A stretch of 64,000 nucleotides of DNA from an uncultured archaeon (GCA_964354805.1 CAYHBD010000035.1:1-64000), one strand, 5' to 3'. Positions 18,977 through 29,887 are shown, counted from the first letter of the stretch. Notes: generated from the letters alone by a model not told the origin. A program made the numbers and translations.

Positions 18977-21259
18977 ATGGAGATTGGCGGATTGAAGGTC
19001 GGAGACTTTGTAGTTAAGGAAGAGGGCGGCAAGCGGCATTTGATTTTCAAGTGCAGCCAGTGCCCTTACAGCGCGAACATTGCTGATGACGTGCACTGCA
19101 GGTTCCACGTAATAACTGTTTTAAGCGAAGTGGAAGCGCAGCTGATTGTTTTAAGCGAAGTGTATGAAAGGGTTCATGCTGAAGAGCAGACTGCAATGCT
19201 TGCAGGGATTGGCGGCTTGATGCAGCGCTTCAATGTTGAAAGCGTCTGGAGCTACAAGCATTTGGGCAAGCCTGAGAAGGAATGCGAGCAATACTTCAGC
19301 GAAAGGCATGACACAATTGTAAAAATCGCCCATGACCTTATTGCATTCGATCCCATTCTTGCTTATTTAACTTTGCTTGGGGAAGCGAAGAAAGAGGCAT
19401 CAAAAAGCGAAAGCGAGGGAAAAGGCTATGCAGCCTGCGCTGAACCATACCTTGAAACACTTTTATACATGCGGCAGCTGTTTGAAGAAACAGCTTTAAT
19501 CAAAAAAACAAAGGACTTTCTGGCAAAGCTGAGGGAAATCCCTGAAACAGCCCAATTGTATCACACGATCCTCGAGGCAGAGGTAAAGCCTGCTTTCATT
19601 GGAAGCAGGCTGATGTTTGAGGAAATGGAATCGCTTGAATTGCTTGATGAATACACCGTAAAAAAAGCAACAGTGCAGATATTCAGCCACCCGAACAAAA
19701 CAGAGAATTTGTATTTCATCAACCCGCCTGAGTACACTCTTGGCCCTGACAGATATTTTGTAATGAGCAAAACCAAGGAAATAGTTGCGGGCTACCAGCC
19801 TGGAAAAACCAGCCTGAGCACTGTTGCAAAAAGCAGGCCATATTTCGAAAGGGTTTATGAGGCAACGATAAAGGATGTTGCAAGGGAAAACAATGTAAAA
19901 TTAGAACCAGAGGAAATAACTGACCTGGCCTCAATTGTTGCAAGATACACTGTTGGCTATGGGATTCTGGAAATTTTGCTAAGCGACAGAAATCTCACGG
20001 ATGTTTATTTGGACAGCCCAATTGGACAGAAGCCATTGTATGTAGTGCATAGTGATTACGGGCAATGCCAGACAAATGTTTTGTACACGCAGGGAGAAGC
20101 AAATGCATTGGTAAGCAAAATGAGGGCAATGTCAGGCAGGCCTTTTGATGAAGCGCACCCAGTGCTTGACCTGAATTTGGCTGATTTGGACACAAGGGCA
20201 GCAGTAATCGGGCCTCCGCTTGCGCCTGACGGAACGGCTTTCGCTTTCAGGCTGCACAAAATAACCCCTTGGACATTGCCTTTGTTCATTGACAACAATT
20301 TCATGGACCCTCTTGCAGCAGGAATGATTGATTTTTTCATTGATGCCCAGGCAACAATGATGATAACAGGAAGCAGGGGCAGCGGAAAAACAAGCCTGTT
20401 GGGAGCGTGCATTCTGGAGATAGCGCAAAACATCAGGATAATTGTGCAGGAGGACACATTGGAGATTCCTGTTCCATACATGAAAAACATCGGTTACAAT
20501 GTCCAGAGGCTGAAGACCCGTTCGCCAATTACCGTGAGCAAAACAGAGACAGAAGTGGCTCCAGAGGAAAGCCTGAGGACAGCGCTGCGCTTGGGCGACA
20601 GCGCTTTGATAATTGGAGAGATTCGTTCAAGAGAAGCCAAGGTTTTGTATGAGGCAATGAGGATCGGCGCAGCAGGAAACATTGTAATGGGAACAGTGCA
20701 CGGTGAAAGCACTTACAGCGTTTGGGACAGGGTTGTGAATGATTTGGGCGTGCCGAACACCAGCTTTAAGGCAACGGATATTGTTGTTGTTGCAAGGCCG
20801 ATCAGGTTTGCCGGCTCGCTTAAGAGAAACAGGAGGCTTGTGCAGATAACCGAAGTGAAAAAGCACTGGACCGAGGACCCTGAAAGGGAAGGCGGCTTCC
20901 TTGATTTGATGCTTTACGATGCAAAAAAGGATTCGCTTTTGTTAATGGAAGACAACTTGAAGGACAGCGAGCTGTTTGAAAAAATCAGCAGGACAAGCGG
21001 GCTTTCAATGAAAGAAATGTGGAAGGACATTGCAATGCGGGCTGACAGCAAGAGTTTTTTGGTTGAATTGAAAAGAAAGCACAATGCGCCAATGCTGCTT
21101 GAAGCGGAGAACTGTGCTGTGGCAAAGAGCAAGCTGCTGCTGCTGAAAGAGCAGCAGATCAGGGAGCAGGGGAAAGTCGACTATGATGCTGTTCTCGGCA
21201 AGTGGAAGTTCTGGGTGAAAAACAGCCTTCTGCCGAGGATAATCGGCGAAACGAAATAG
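18977..21259 (+). CDS. Large VirB11/TadA-family ATPase with N-terminal extension (module 2), 760 aa
   Basis: N-terminal CSQC...CRFH; YTVGYGILEILL; RPFDEAHPVLD; Walker A GSRGSGKT; QEDTLE; LRLGDSALIIGEIRS; MGTVHG. Confidence 0.93.
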   Translation: MEIGGLKVGDFVVKEEGGKRHLIFKCSQCPYSANIADDVHCRFHVITVLSEVEAQLIVLSEVYERVHAEEQTAMLAGIGGLMQRFNVESVWSYKHLGKPEKECEQYFSERHDTIVKIAHDLIAFDPILAYLTLLGEAKKEASKSESEGKGYAACAEPYLETLLYMRQLFEETALIKKTKDFLAKLREIPETAQLYHTILEAEVKPAFIGSRLMFEEMESLELLDEYTVKKATVQIFSHPNKTENLYFINPPEYTLGPDRYFVMSKTKEIVAGYQPGKTSLSTVAKSRPYFERVYEATIKDVARENNVKLEPEEITDLASIVARYTVGYGILEILLSDRNLTDVYLDSPIGQKPLYVVHSDYGQCQTNVLYTQGEANALVSKMRAMSGRPFDEAHPVLDLNLADLDTRAAVIGPPLAPDGTAFAFRLHKITPWTLPLFIDNNFMDPLAAGMIDFFIDAQATMMITGSRGSGKTSLLGACILEIAQNIRIIVQEDTLEIPVPYMKNIGYNVQRLKTRSPITVSKTETEVAPEESLRTALRLGDSALIIGEIRSREAKVLYEAMRIGAAGNIVMGTVHGESTYSVWDRVVNDLGVPNTSFKATDIVVVARPIRFAGSLKRNRRLVQITEVKKHWTEDPEREGGFLDLMLYDAKKDSLLLMEDNLKDSELFEKISRTSGLSMKEMWKDIAMRADSKSFLVELKRKHNAPMLLEAENCAVAKSKLLLLKEQQIREQGKVDYDAVLGKWKFWVKNSLLPRIIGETK

Positions 21260-21398
21260 CTGAGGCGCTGCGTTGAAAAGAGGGAACAAATGAGGCTGAA
21301 AACAATTAAATTTTTGCCATGCCGCTGAAAAATAATTAAAAAGCCTTTTTTCCTCACGGAAAAAAGCATTGGGAAAAATAATTAAACTGGGTTTTTGT

Positions 21399-23690
21399 AT
21401 GCCGATTAAAGAACGAAACATCGGGGCTGCATCCTCTGAGCCAGGCGCTTTGTACAAGGGCATTAAATTAAGCGCTATGGAGATAACAGGGGAAAGCGCT
21501 TTGGTTAAAAAAAAAGTCCCAAGATTTGTTTCATTCTGCAGGGGAATGTACAAGCGCTTTCCTTCCCTTGGAAAGGGAGCAAAGTTCAGCAAGGAAAACA
21601 AGCAGGCTGTTGATTTTCTTGCATGGGACCTTTTGCCAGAAGAGCTGGCTGCAGGAAGCAAGTTTGTCCTTTTTTTTACAATCATTGCAGGCATTGCGCT
21701 AACCTTGCTTGTTTTGTTCACGCCATTAAAAACCATTGTCGGGGGCGCGGTCGGCCCTGCAATGGCACCGCTTTTCGCAATGCTGCCTTTCATAATAATT
21801 GCCCTTGCCGCAACGAATTATGTCCAGCACTATCCGATGAGTGCAGCCAATGTTGAAAAGACAAGGGCACTGACCTATGTGCCTGAAATAGTCGGCTACA
21901 TGATTATGTCAATGAAGCTTGTGCCGAACCTGGAGAAAGCAATTGAGTTCTCGGCAGAGCATGGCAGGGGAAAGATTGCTGAGGATTTCAAAAGGCTGCT
22001 CTGGGATGTGCAGCTTGGCGTATTCAATACAGTAAGCGAGGCATTGGATGACCTGGCTTACAGGTGGGGAAAATTCAGTGATGAATTCAAGCATGCCTTG
22101 ATGAAAGTCAGGGCAAGCGTTCTGGAAACAACGGAATCAAAAAGATACCAGCTACTTGACAGCACAATGGTAACAATCCTGGAATCAATTAAAAACAAAA
22201 TGGAGCAATACGCTCGAGACCTTTCGCAGCCAAGCGTTCTGCTGTTCTATATGGGGGTGCTGCTGCCCCTGCTTCTGATAATTATTCTGCCTGTCGGCAG
22301 CGCTTTCAGCGGCCAGCCGCTTGCAACCCCGCTTGTTTTAATAATCATTTACAACATCGCCATCCCTGCAGTAACCTTTGTTTTCGCAAGGGATGTGATA
22401 AGCAGGAGGCCTCCAACGCAGGATGTGCCGATCATACCCGATAATTTCCCGGGTCTGCCCAAAAAGAACAGCATGAGGATTGGGAAAACCAGCCTTGATT
22501 TAAGGGCATTAATAGCGCTTGTTCTTATAGCTGGAATTGCGTCCAGCTATTTTATTTCAACGCAGGGCATTCCGCCTGTTTCGCTTGTTGGCGAGGAAGG
22601 CATTCAATTGCTGCCAAGAGATAAATCAGTTGCAGAGGTGCTGAAAAACGCTGGCAAGCCATCAGCAGACTGGTATGATGACGACGGGCCTCATGCCAGG
22701 GAATTGATTTCAATGCACGGCGAAAAAGATGGCAGGGCCATGTTCGAGGCAGAGAGGATAGCATTCTTTATTCCGGCTGAAAACGATGTTACACCTTATA
22801 CCCTTATTTTCGGCGTGATGCTGACCTGCAGCTGTTGCATAGCTTTGTTCATTTACTACAGAAACATCTACAAGAGGAAAATGCAGCTGAATGTGATGCA
22901 AATGGAGTCGGAATTCAAGGACAGCCTGTACATTCTTGCCTCAAGAATGGGCGAAAACAGGCCTGTTGAGGAAGCGTTAAAGCATACAAGTAGGTTCCTG
23001 CCTGATTTCAAGATAAGCAAAAGGGTTTTCGGCAGAACAATTGAAAACATTGAATTGCTTGGCATGCCTTTGGAGGCAGCGATTTTTGACCCGAACTACG
23101 GCAGCTTAAAGAATCTGCCGAGCAAAACAATCCAGACAGGCATGCGGATAATGGTTGATTCAGTCGGCCTGGGCGTCAATGTTGCGGCAAGAACCCTGAT
23201 CTCCCTTTCGCTGCAATTGACGAACAACGAAAAAGTAAACCAGACACTGAAAACACTGATAAGCGACACCACAAGCATGATGCGGACAATGGCAGTATTC
23301 ATTGTCCCTGTTGTTTTGGGCGTTACAACAGCTTTGCAGAAAATCGTGATGCTGACACTTGCAACAATCCAAAGCAGCAGCATGAAACAGACACTGGACG
23401 CGCTTAAAAACAGCGACCTGCCAGGGGGCTTAAGCGGCATGACAACAGGCTTTTCCATGGACGCAACGCAATTCGGTTCAATAGTCAAGCCATGGCAGTT
23501 TCTGTTGATTGTTGCCATGTACGTAATTGAATTGGTTATAATAATGGTTTTCTTTACAACAAAAATCGAAGAGGACAACAAGCTTTTGTTCAGCATAAAC
23601 CTGGCAAAAGCCCTGCCTATTGCAGTAGCGATTTTCCTCATAAGCGTACTGGCCTCAGGAACCATTGCAGGCGGCTTCTTCGGGGGATGA
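21399..23690 (+). CDS. Large TadC-like membrane platform protein with duplicated T2SS F domains, ~763 aa
   Basis: Follows the ATPase; ~9 TM segments; two soluble platform domains (PNLEKAIEF...; EFKDSLYILASRMGENRPVEEAL). Confidence 0.85.
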   Translation: MPIKERNIGAASSEPGALYKGIKLSAMEITGESALVKKKVPRFVSFCRGMYKRFPSLGKGAKFSKENKQAVDFLAWDLLPEELAAGSKFVLFFTIIAGIALTLLVLFTPLKTIVGGAVGPAMAPLFAMLPFIIIALAATNYVQHYPMSAANVEKTRALTYVPEIVGYMIMSMKLVPNLEKAIEFSAEHGRGKIAEDFKRLLWDVQLGVFNTVSEALDDLAYRWGKFSDEFKHALMKVRASVLETTESKRYQLLDSTMVTILESIKNKMEQYARDLSQPSVLLFYMGVLLPLLLIIILPVGSAFSGQPLATPLVLIIIYNIAIPAVTFVFARDVISRRPPTQDVPIIPDNFPGLPKKNSMRIGKTSLDLRALIALVLIAGIASSYFISTQGIPPVSLVGEEGIQLLPRDKSVAEVLKNAGKPSADWYDDDGPHARELISMHGEKDGRAMFEAERIAFFIPAENDVTPYTLIFGVMLTCSCCIALFIYYRNIYKRKMQLNVMQMESEFKDSLYILASRMGENRPVEEALKHTSRFLPDFKISKRVFGRTIENIELLGMPLEAAIFDPNYGSLKNLPSKTIQTGMRIMVDSVGLGVNVAARTLISLSLQLTNNEKVNQTLKTLISDTTSMMRTMAVFIVPVVLGVTTALQKIVMLTLATIQSSSMKQTLDALKNSDLPGGLSGMTTGFSMDATQFGSIVKPWQFLLIVAMYVIELVIIMVFFTTKIEEDNKLLFSINLAKALPIAVAIFLISVLASGTIAGGFFGG

Positions 23691-23733
23691 ATTGAATTGC
23701 GATTCAAGCAGGCTTTTTCAGAGGCGATTTGAT

Positions 23734-24192
23734 TTGAACGAGCAAGGTCAGGAGAGCAGCGGTTTTCGCCTGCTGGTGGAAGCAGTGATGGTTGTCTTTA
23801 TTCTGGTGATAATCTTTGCTGTCATAAGCAAGCTGGACGAAGTAACGCAGCAGGCAAGCGAGAAAAGGCTGTTTGAAGGATTCAGCAAAGCAGTTGACAG
23901 CCCAGATGGCTCTGTAATATTCGAAAAAGACCTTGTTTTAAGGGAGGGCAGTGTTTACAGCAGAACAGCTTTTGCCGAGTCTGCAACCAACATTGAGCCA
24001 GACAGCATTTTAATTCAGGCAAGCAACAACAGCGCCTTTTTGCTGCTCAACAACGGTTCAGCCGTTGAAATCAGGTCACTTGTTTCAACAGATGTATACT
24101 ACCAATGCAAAACAGAGTATGAGGACGGCGAACGCAAGATTAGCTGCACTATCAGCTTTGGACAGGAATTGAAAGAGGGCGAACCAGAATAA
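23734..24192 (+). CDS. Pilin-like protein with class III signal-peptide-like N-terminus
   Basis: TTG start after GAGGCG; MNEQG|QESSGFRLLVEAVMVVFILVIIF; C-terminal Cys pair; directly after the platform gene. Confidence 0.65.
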   Translation: MNEQGQESSGFRLLVEAVMVVFILVIIFAVISKLDEVTQQASEKRLFEGFSKAVDSPDGSVIFEKDLVLREGSVYSRTAFAESATNIEPDSILIQASNNSAFLLLNNGSAVEIRSLVSTDVYYQCKTEYEDGERKISCTISFGQELKEGEPE

Positions 24193-24260
24193 CAAAAAAC
24201 AGCTCATCAGCTTTGGGCAGGAATTGAAAGAGCAGAAAACAGAATAACAAAAAAAACAGC
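24151..24260 (+). repeat. Imperfect ~55-bp tandem duplication of the pilin-like gene 3' end
   Basis: ATCAGCTTTGG(A/G)CAGGAATTGAAAGAG...CAGAATAACAAAAAA..CAGC at 24151-24203 and 24206-24260. Confidence 0.85.
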
Positions 24261-24343
24261 CTGTTTTTAAACAAGAACAAATTTCTGCGCAGGCTTTCTT
24301 TTCCAAACGTTTTTATACCAGTTTTGCTTTCTATATTCCATAT

Positions 24344-24892
24344 ATGGTTCTGGAATTAATCGGCGAAACAGCCTTTGCCCTGATTGACCTGCTCAGAATG
24401 GCGCTGATAGCGGCAATTCCGGCATTTGTTCTAACACTCTTGGGGCAAGCGCTGTTCAAAAAAATCAGGGGAAAAAAGAAGAAAACCAGTTGGATTGTTG
24501 CAGCATTTGCAGCAAGCTATAGTGTAATGCTGATTGTTGTTTTCTTCCTCTACCTTTTCCCGTTATATCTGGGTTTCGTTGAAAGCGATTTGGCAAAGCA
24601 AACCCCACTTCCAGAAATGCAGCTGACAGTGGTTGACTATGGCGTTGCATTCTTTGCAACAATTGTAAAGAATTTGATAAGCGCGGTAGTGCTAACAATC
24701 CTATTGCTGCCATTGCTTTTCTTTGCCTCTTTTGTAAGCGAAAAAATAGAGGAAAGGAAAAAGCTGCCTGCACTGGCAAACACCTTTATTGCGGTTTACT
24801 GCACAGCATTGCTTGCCTGGGTGATTATTTTGTTTGTTTTCCCCTGGGTGCTTAGCGGAATACTTTATTTGCTTTTCTGGAGCCAAATATAA
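24344..24892 (+). CDS. Integral membrane protein (~4 TM), hypothetical
   Basis: 182 aa; four hydrophobic stretches separated by basic or acidic loops. Confidence 0.8.
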   Translation: MVLELIGETAFALIDLLRMALIAAIPAFVLTLLGQALFKKIRGKKKKTSWIVAAFAASYSVMLIVVFFLYLFPLYLGFVESDLAKQTPLPEMQLTVVDYGVAFFATIVKNLISAVVLTILLLPLLFFASFVSEKIEERKKLPALANTFIAVYCTALLAWVIILFVFPWVLSGILYLLFWSQI

Positions 24893-24908
24893 AAGGAGAA
24901 AAACGAAA

Positions 24909-27900
24909 ATGATTGCAAAAGCTTTTTTTGCAGAGCAAAAAAACCTCATTGCAAAACCCAAGTTTTGCAATGCCTCGCAAAGTAGTGCTTTGCAAGGTGG
25001 AAAAAACAGCCTTCGGCAAAGATTTTTTTGCATTACACTGATTGCGCTGATGCTGAACCTGAGCTTCTACCCTGCTTTTGCCCAAACAGATTTGCCGAAG
25101 GGAGATGCTGAAAACGAATTACAAAACAGCGCCCTGCTGGCAGACAATAGCGGTGAAAATGCAGTGGAAATGAATCCTCTGCCAAGTTGGAACATTGATG
25201 AACAAACACTGCAAAACAGCGCGCTGCTTGCAGACAATGCTGATGAAGAAACATTAACTGGGACAGAGCCGCAGACAGAGTCAAGCACAAAAAGAATTGA
25301 ATTTACCTGCAACACGCCGGAAAGCAACCCGGATGAAAAGGTTCTTTCCCCGCAGGAAGTGGCTGAACTGAAAAGGAAAACACAGTTGGATGCAAACGGC
25401 TTCGGCATTGACCAGATTGACAGCGGCAAAGGCAGCAATCCAAAAAGAGAGGAAAGCGTGAACAACCTTGTTGTGCAGAAAACAGACAACAACGCCGCAA
25501 TCCTGAACCAGATTCCGGACAAAAAAATGGACATTGGGGAATTGGCGCCATGGCTGAACAGGTTTTCCTCAGGGCCTTTCGCTTTCGGAGTTTCGCTGGA
25601 TGATACCCTGAGAATTGGGCAGTGCAGGAACCTGCCGAAATTGGAGGCAGAGAAAATAGGCTGCCCTGTCCTGGACAAGCAGTTGTCTTACAGAAACAGC
25701 GGGGCAGGCATTACAAGCGATTTCAAAAACGTTTACAATGATGTAAAGGATTTCATAAGCGAGGATTTGCTTGGAAAGGAAAAAGGCGCTGGGCAATACA
25801 CTGCAGAGGAACTGGCGCAGCTGCAGGCAAACCTCGCAAGCGAAGACGACCTGAATGGCTTGCAGGCAAAGCAGGTGAAAAGGGAAGTTAATCCAATTGA
25901 AAACAGCATCAAAACAGATAATTTCACAGCAGAGATGGCGACAAACTGCAACCAAAACAGCTGCCTGGTGAGCAGCTACAGCTTTTTTGACAAATACTTC
26001 AACAGCTGGTTTTCAGCTGAAATGGTTGTAACCAGCTTTGGCCCAACCTTGTTCGGGCAGGCAAAAAGATACCTTGGCTGGATGAGGAGAAGGGGCTGGC
26101 CTTGGAGTATGTCAGACAATCAATTGCTGAACAAGTTCAGGAGACAATTCATGAACCCTGACAGCCTCATAGGCAAAGCCAGAACACAGAGAATGATTAC
26201 AAGGGTTGACAAGTATGGCTTTGGCGAAGTCTGGACTCCGATGGTTGAATGCACTGACTGGGATTCGGGGTATAAATGGATTAAAGGCGGCAGCATGAGA
26301 AAAATGATTAACGAAATGAGTGCACCAGGCGGCTTTTTGGACAAATTGGATGACCCTGTGAGGAAAGGCGAGTTCTTTAAATTAGTAAGGGAAATGAACG
26401 GCTATGCTAAAACAAACAAAGCAATGATTGGCTATGCCGATGAAGCGTATATGGGTGCTTTAAAGAAATTCGGCCCTGGCAGCCCTGAGGCAAGAAGTGC
26501 ATTAATTGAATACGCCAGAACAAACGGAAAAGTTCTTGGGTGGATGGATGATGCCTTCAGCTTGGATGCACCAGAATGGTTTGCCAGAGACGACTATGCA
26601 GGATTGTATGATGTTGGAGTGAAGCATTTGCAGAGCGGAACAGTGCATCCTTTGAGCGGGGACAGCCACCATATCAGAGCAACAATAGACAAATTCGTAC
26701 AGGACGGCGACTGGAGCAATTTTGACACATGGGGAAATAAGGCATACGAAGCAACAGAAGATGGCTTGCTGCAATTGTACAAAATTGACCCGGCAGGGGA
26801 ATTCATCAGCGAAGTGGCAGTTGAAGACCTGCAGAAGAATTTCTCGCACTTTGTTGACAAGGCAGCGTTAACTGAAAAAGGAGACTTGATTAGAATTGAC
26901 GGGACAAGCATTGACTACATTGTAAAGGAAGCCCCGGGCACAGGAAAGGTAAAGGTATTCAAGGCAAGCTGGAAGCCGATTGAAGCTGAAACACCAGAAA
27001 GGTTTGCAGGAAGGCTGACCCACAGCAGGGTAAAAGGCAGGCTTACAGGCAACTTCCCCTCCAACACGCAAAGATTATACGATGCATTGGTTGAAAAGAA
27101 TTTTGCAGGAAAAAGCAGGCACTACTACAGCCTGCTTGACAAGGCTTTTGCCCAAGAAGATGAGATTTTAAAGAGCTATTTCAGTGTCAAAGGCGGCTTG
27201 AAATGGACAGCTCTTCCATTGGCTTACTGGGGCGGAAAGCAGGGCCTTGGCTTTGAGGGAATTAGCGCCTACCAGCTGCCTGACACATGGTATAACGTCG
27301 AAATGCACACAGGCGATGCCTCGCTGTTTGATGATGCATTCATTGACTTTTTTGCAAACGAAGGCAGCGATGAAGGCGACATATTTATCCAGGTGCTGAA
27401 CAAGCTGCCCTGGAAAATGGTGTACAATTACATTTGGGAGAATTATTTGCCTGCAAAGGACACTTACGAAAAACTGACAAATCCAAGCAGCGGCTGGAGA
27501 AGGGAGGTTGAAAACGTTGCATTAATCAGCTCAAGCGCTGAAGAATGCGCCAATTGCAGCATTGGCTTGTTTGTAAACACGCCGACAGAACAGTCAGTAT
27601 CTGAACTAATGACAACAGGAAAAGGCGAGGCAAGGATTGAATTCAGCTCAAACCAGAAAATGCAATCATACCTGCTTGAGGATGTTTTGTCAGACAAAGC
27701 AAAAGAAGAGGGCACAACCCTGATTGCTTATGGGCACCATACGGATTTAAGCGGCAAGAGCCCTGCCGGAGAAAAGGGAATTGAGAACGGAAAAATTGAT
27801 TTGGTTGAAGCGCGGAACAACAAGGAAACATGCGCTGACAAGGTTAAAAAATTGGGTTTGGGCTTTTTGGGAGATGATCCGCAGAGGGCAGCTGCAGTGC

Positions 27901-29786
27901 TTGCATTCGGCGAAACAGCGCTTTATGCTGTCTTCTTCTGGAGCGGAATAATCGGCAGCGTGGTGCAGCAGACATTGCTTGTGCCTGAATTGCAGGACTG
28001 CGTTGATGACAAGGAGGGCTACTATCTGCACATGTTTGCCCCTGCATCAAAAGCCGCAAAGAGCGAGCCGCCAAACCAGAAGGCAAGCGAGAAAGCAGGC
28101 GACATAATAAAGAATGTGACGGACTTTGTTACAGGCAGCAAGGGAGATGCTGCAACTACCACTGAGAAAGCGCAGAGCAAGAGCGCCTGGCAGCAGGTAT
28201 TGGATAAGGTTGCCCTGACTGCAAAGGAATTGAGCGATAAAGCGCAGGCTTCAACTATTTTGCAGGCAAGCGTTGAAACATCCGGCAAGACTTATGGGAT
28301 AGTTTCCTTCAAGCAGCTGTTCTTCTACTGGTTCAAGGGAACGGCACAGCCTGCGGTGTATGACAATAAAACAAAAAGCTATTACAGGGATTTGGACAAC
28401 AACATTGATGTGTTGATTGACAATGAAAAAGGCATTCTTGCCGTGAGCAAGGATGCTCAGCCGTTTGAAACAGTCATCGAGGGCAAAGACCATACAAGGC
28501 TTGCCACTCCAAGCAGTGAAAATACTTCTTTGGAGATTCCGCAGAGGATTGGCCAGATTGGTTTGCCGACTGAAGGCGCTGCGTTAAATGAAATGCTGTT
28601 TGAAATGGACTGGCAGGGCAGCCTTGCTGTTCATCCAGAGGTATTGGATTGCATTAGGGAAAACGTTGAACAGCAGACAGGCGTGCCTCTTTCAACAGAT
28701 AAAATAACCGATGCTTTCGGCGCAGTGGAAGCAATTGTTACAACCTCGCATCCGAGAATTTCAGCGGATAAGGTAGAGAAGGCAATAATTGCAAATGGTT
28801 CCCCAAGAGAAATCGTTTACGGCGATAACGCAAAGGCAACTGTTTTTGTGAACAGAAAAACTGTTTTGACCAACAGCACTGATGTTAACGTTGGATTGTT
28901 CCAGTCAATCCAGTTCAAGAACGGGGTGATATTGTACAAGCCTGAAACGAATGAATTAATTATTTGGCTGAGGCATAACGAGCAGAGCATTTTAAGGCAG
29001 GGCGATGTCACTGGATTGAAAGCAACCCCCTCAAAAGTCATTAACGCTGAAACAGGATGCCCAGAGCCTGCAATCGATTTGGAAGCGCTGCCGAATTTGG
29101 AGGCGGGAGACCAAAGCGCAATAACAAAGAGGGTTGAAAACTTCAATGATTCTATTGAGAAAATGGGGCCATTCCAGACTTTTGACACTGAAAAGCACAG
29201 GTTCATTTTTTACAGCGTGAAAACAAGCCCAAGCTGCGACCCGAATACTGAGGGGTGCTGCCAGAGCAGAGTTAGAATAATCGACAAGGAAACAGGCGAG
29301 GTTATTGACGAGCCACTGGTTGGCGACATTGAGAAAACCCCTACCGGAATAAAATTCACCACGCTTGGCCCAGATGGAAAGCAGACAGAGCATACTCTTG
29401 ACTTCAGCGCAGAGAACGGCATTCCGAAAATCAGCTATGACGGAATGCCGCCTGAAACACTTTTAAGCGCCACAGGCCCAAACGGCAGCTTCTGGTATGA
29501 CACTGAGAATGGGCAATGGTATCCGGAGAACGCGCAGCTGCTGCCATTGGATGATACATTCAAGCAGGGCTTTGACACAAGGCACAGGGAGGACTGCAGC
29601 GCCAGCACTCAAGGGGGAGGCAACACAATGAATGTCCAGCTCGGCACAGGAGACACAGGCATGCCCTTCAATCTGCCCTCGCTGCCGGAACAGCCGCTTG
29701 CATTGCTGTTGTTTATTGTTTCATTGCTTGCAGTAATAGGGGTTGCAAGAATCGAGATTGAAAGAAAATTTAAATCGCTGCAGTGA
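24909..29786 (+). CDS. Large secreted, C-terminally anchored protein, ~1625 aa
   Basis: AGGAG upstream of ATG 24909; signal peptide ending PAFA-Q; scattered Cys pairs; internal hydrophobic helices; C-terminal FNLPSLPEQP, TM helix and basic tail. Confidence 0.88.
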   Translation: MIAKAFFAEQKNLIAKPKFCNASQSSALQGGKNSLRQRFFCITLIALMLNLSFYPAFAQTDLPKGDAENELQNSALLADNSGENAVEMNPLPSWNIDEQTLQNSALLADNADEETLTGTEPQTESSTKRIEFTCNTPESNPDEKVLSPQEVAELKRKTQLDANGFGIDQIDSGKGSNPKREESVNNLVVQKTDNNAAILNQIPDKKMDIGELAPWLNRFSSGPFAFGVSLDDTLRIGQCRNLPKLEAEKIGCPVLDKQLSYRNSGAGITSDFKNVYNDVKDFISEDLLGKEKGAGQYTAEELAQLQANLASEDDLNGLQAKQVKREVNPIENSIKTDNFTAEMATNCNQNSCLVSSYSFFDKYFNSWFSAEMVVTSFGPTLFGQAKRYLGWMRRRGWPWSMSDNQLLNKFRRQFMNPDSLIGKARTQRMITRVDKYGFGEVWTPMVECTDWDSGYKWIKGGSMRKMINEMSAPGGFLDKLDDPVRKGEFFKLVREMNGYAKTNKAMIGYADEAYMGALKKFGPGSPEARSALIEYARTNGKVLGWMDDAFSLDAPEWFARDDYAGLYDVGVKHLQSGTVHPLSGDSHHIRATIDKFVQDGDWSNFDTWGNKAYEATEDGLLQLYKIDPAGEFISEVAVEDLQKNFSHFVDKAALTEKGDLIRIDGTSIDYIVKEAPGTGKVKVFKASWKPIEAETPERFAGRLTHSRVKGRLTGNFPSNTQRLYDALVEKNFAGKSRHYYSLLDKAFAQEDEILKSYFSVKGGLKWTALPLAYWGGKQGLGFEGISAYQLPDTWYNVEMHTGDASLFDDAFIDFFANEGSDEGDIFIQVLNKLPWKMVYNYIWENYLPAKDTYEKLTNPSSGWRREVENVALISSSAEECANCSIGLFVNTPTEQSVSELMTTGKGEARIEFSSNQKMQSYLLEDVLSDKAKEEGTTLIAYGHHTDLSGKSPAGEKGIENGKIDLVEARNNKETCADKVKKLGLGFLGDDPQRAAAVLAFGETALYAVFFWSGIIGSVVQQTLLVPELQDCVDDKEGYYLHMFAPASKAAKSEPPNQKASEKAGDIIKNVTDFVTGSKGDAATTTEKAQSKSAWQQVLDKVALTAKELSDKAQASTILQASVETSGKTYGIVSFKQLFFYWFKGTAQPAVYDNKTKSYYRDLDNNIDVLIDNEKGILAVSKDAQPFETVIEGKDHTRLATPSSENTSLEIPQRIGQIGLPTEGAALNEMLFEMDWQGSLAVHPEVLDCIRENVEQQTGVPLSTDKITDAFGAVEAIVTTSHPRISADKVEKAIIANGSPREIVYGDNAKATVFVNRKTVLTNSTDVNVGLFQSIQFKNGVILYKPETNELIIWLRHNEQSILRQGDVTGLKATPSKVINAETGCPEPAIDLEALPNLEAGDQSAITKRVENFNDSIEKMGPFQTFDTEKHRFIFYSVKTSPSCDPNTEGCCQSRVRIIDKETGEVIDEPLVGDIEKTPTGIKFTTLGPDGKQTEHTLDFSAENGIPKISYDGMPPETLLSATGPNGSFWYDTENGQWYPENAQLLPLDDTFKQGFDTRHREDCSASTQGGGNTMNVQLGTGDTGMPFNLPSLPEQPLALLLFIVSLLAVIGVARIEIERKFKSLQ

Positions 29787-29887
29787 AATTTGTTACTATA
29801 ATCGCGATTGCAAAAATTTTTGTTGGGAGAAAATTCGATTGGCAAATAAATTTTGTTTTATTTATTTCTTCTTAGGGGGGCTACTCA

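Noticed and set aside
13612-23690. Archaellum or conjugative type IV secretion system
   Set aside because: No archaellins, ArlH or chemotaxis genes, and no VirB4, relaxase or coupling protein recognised in the window.
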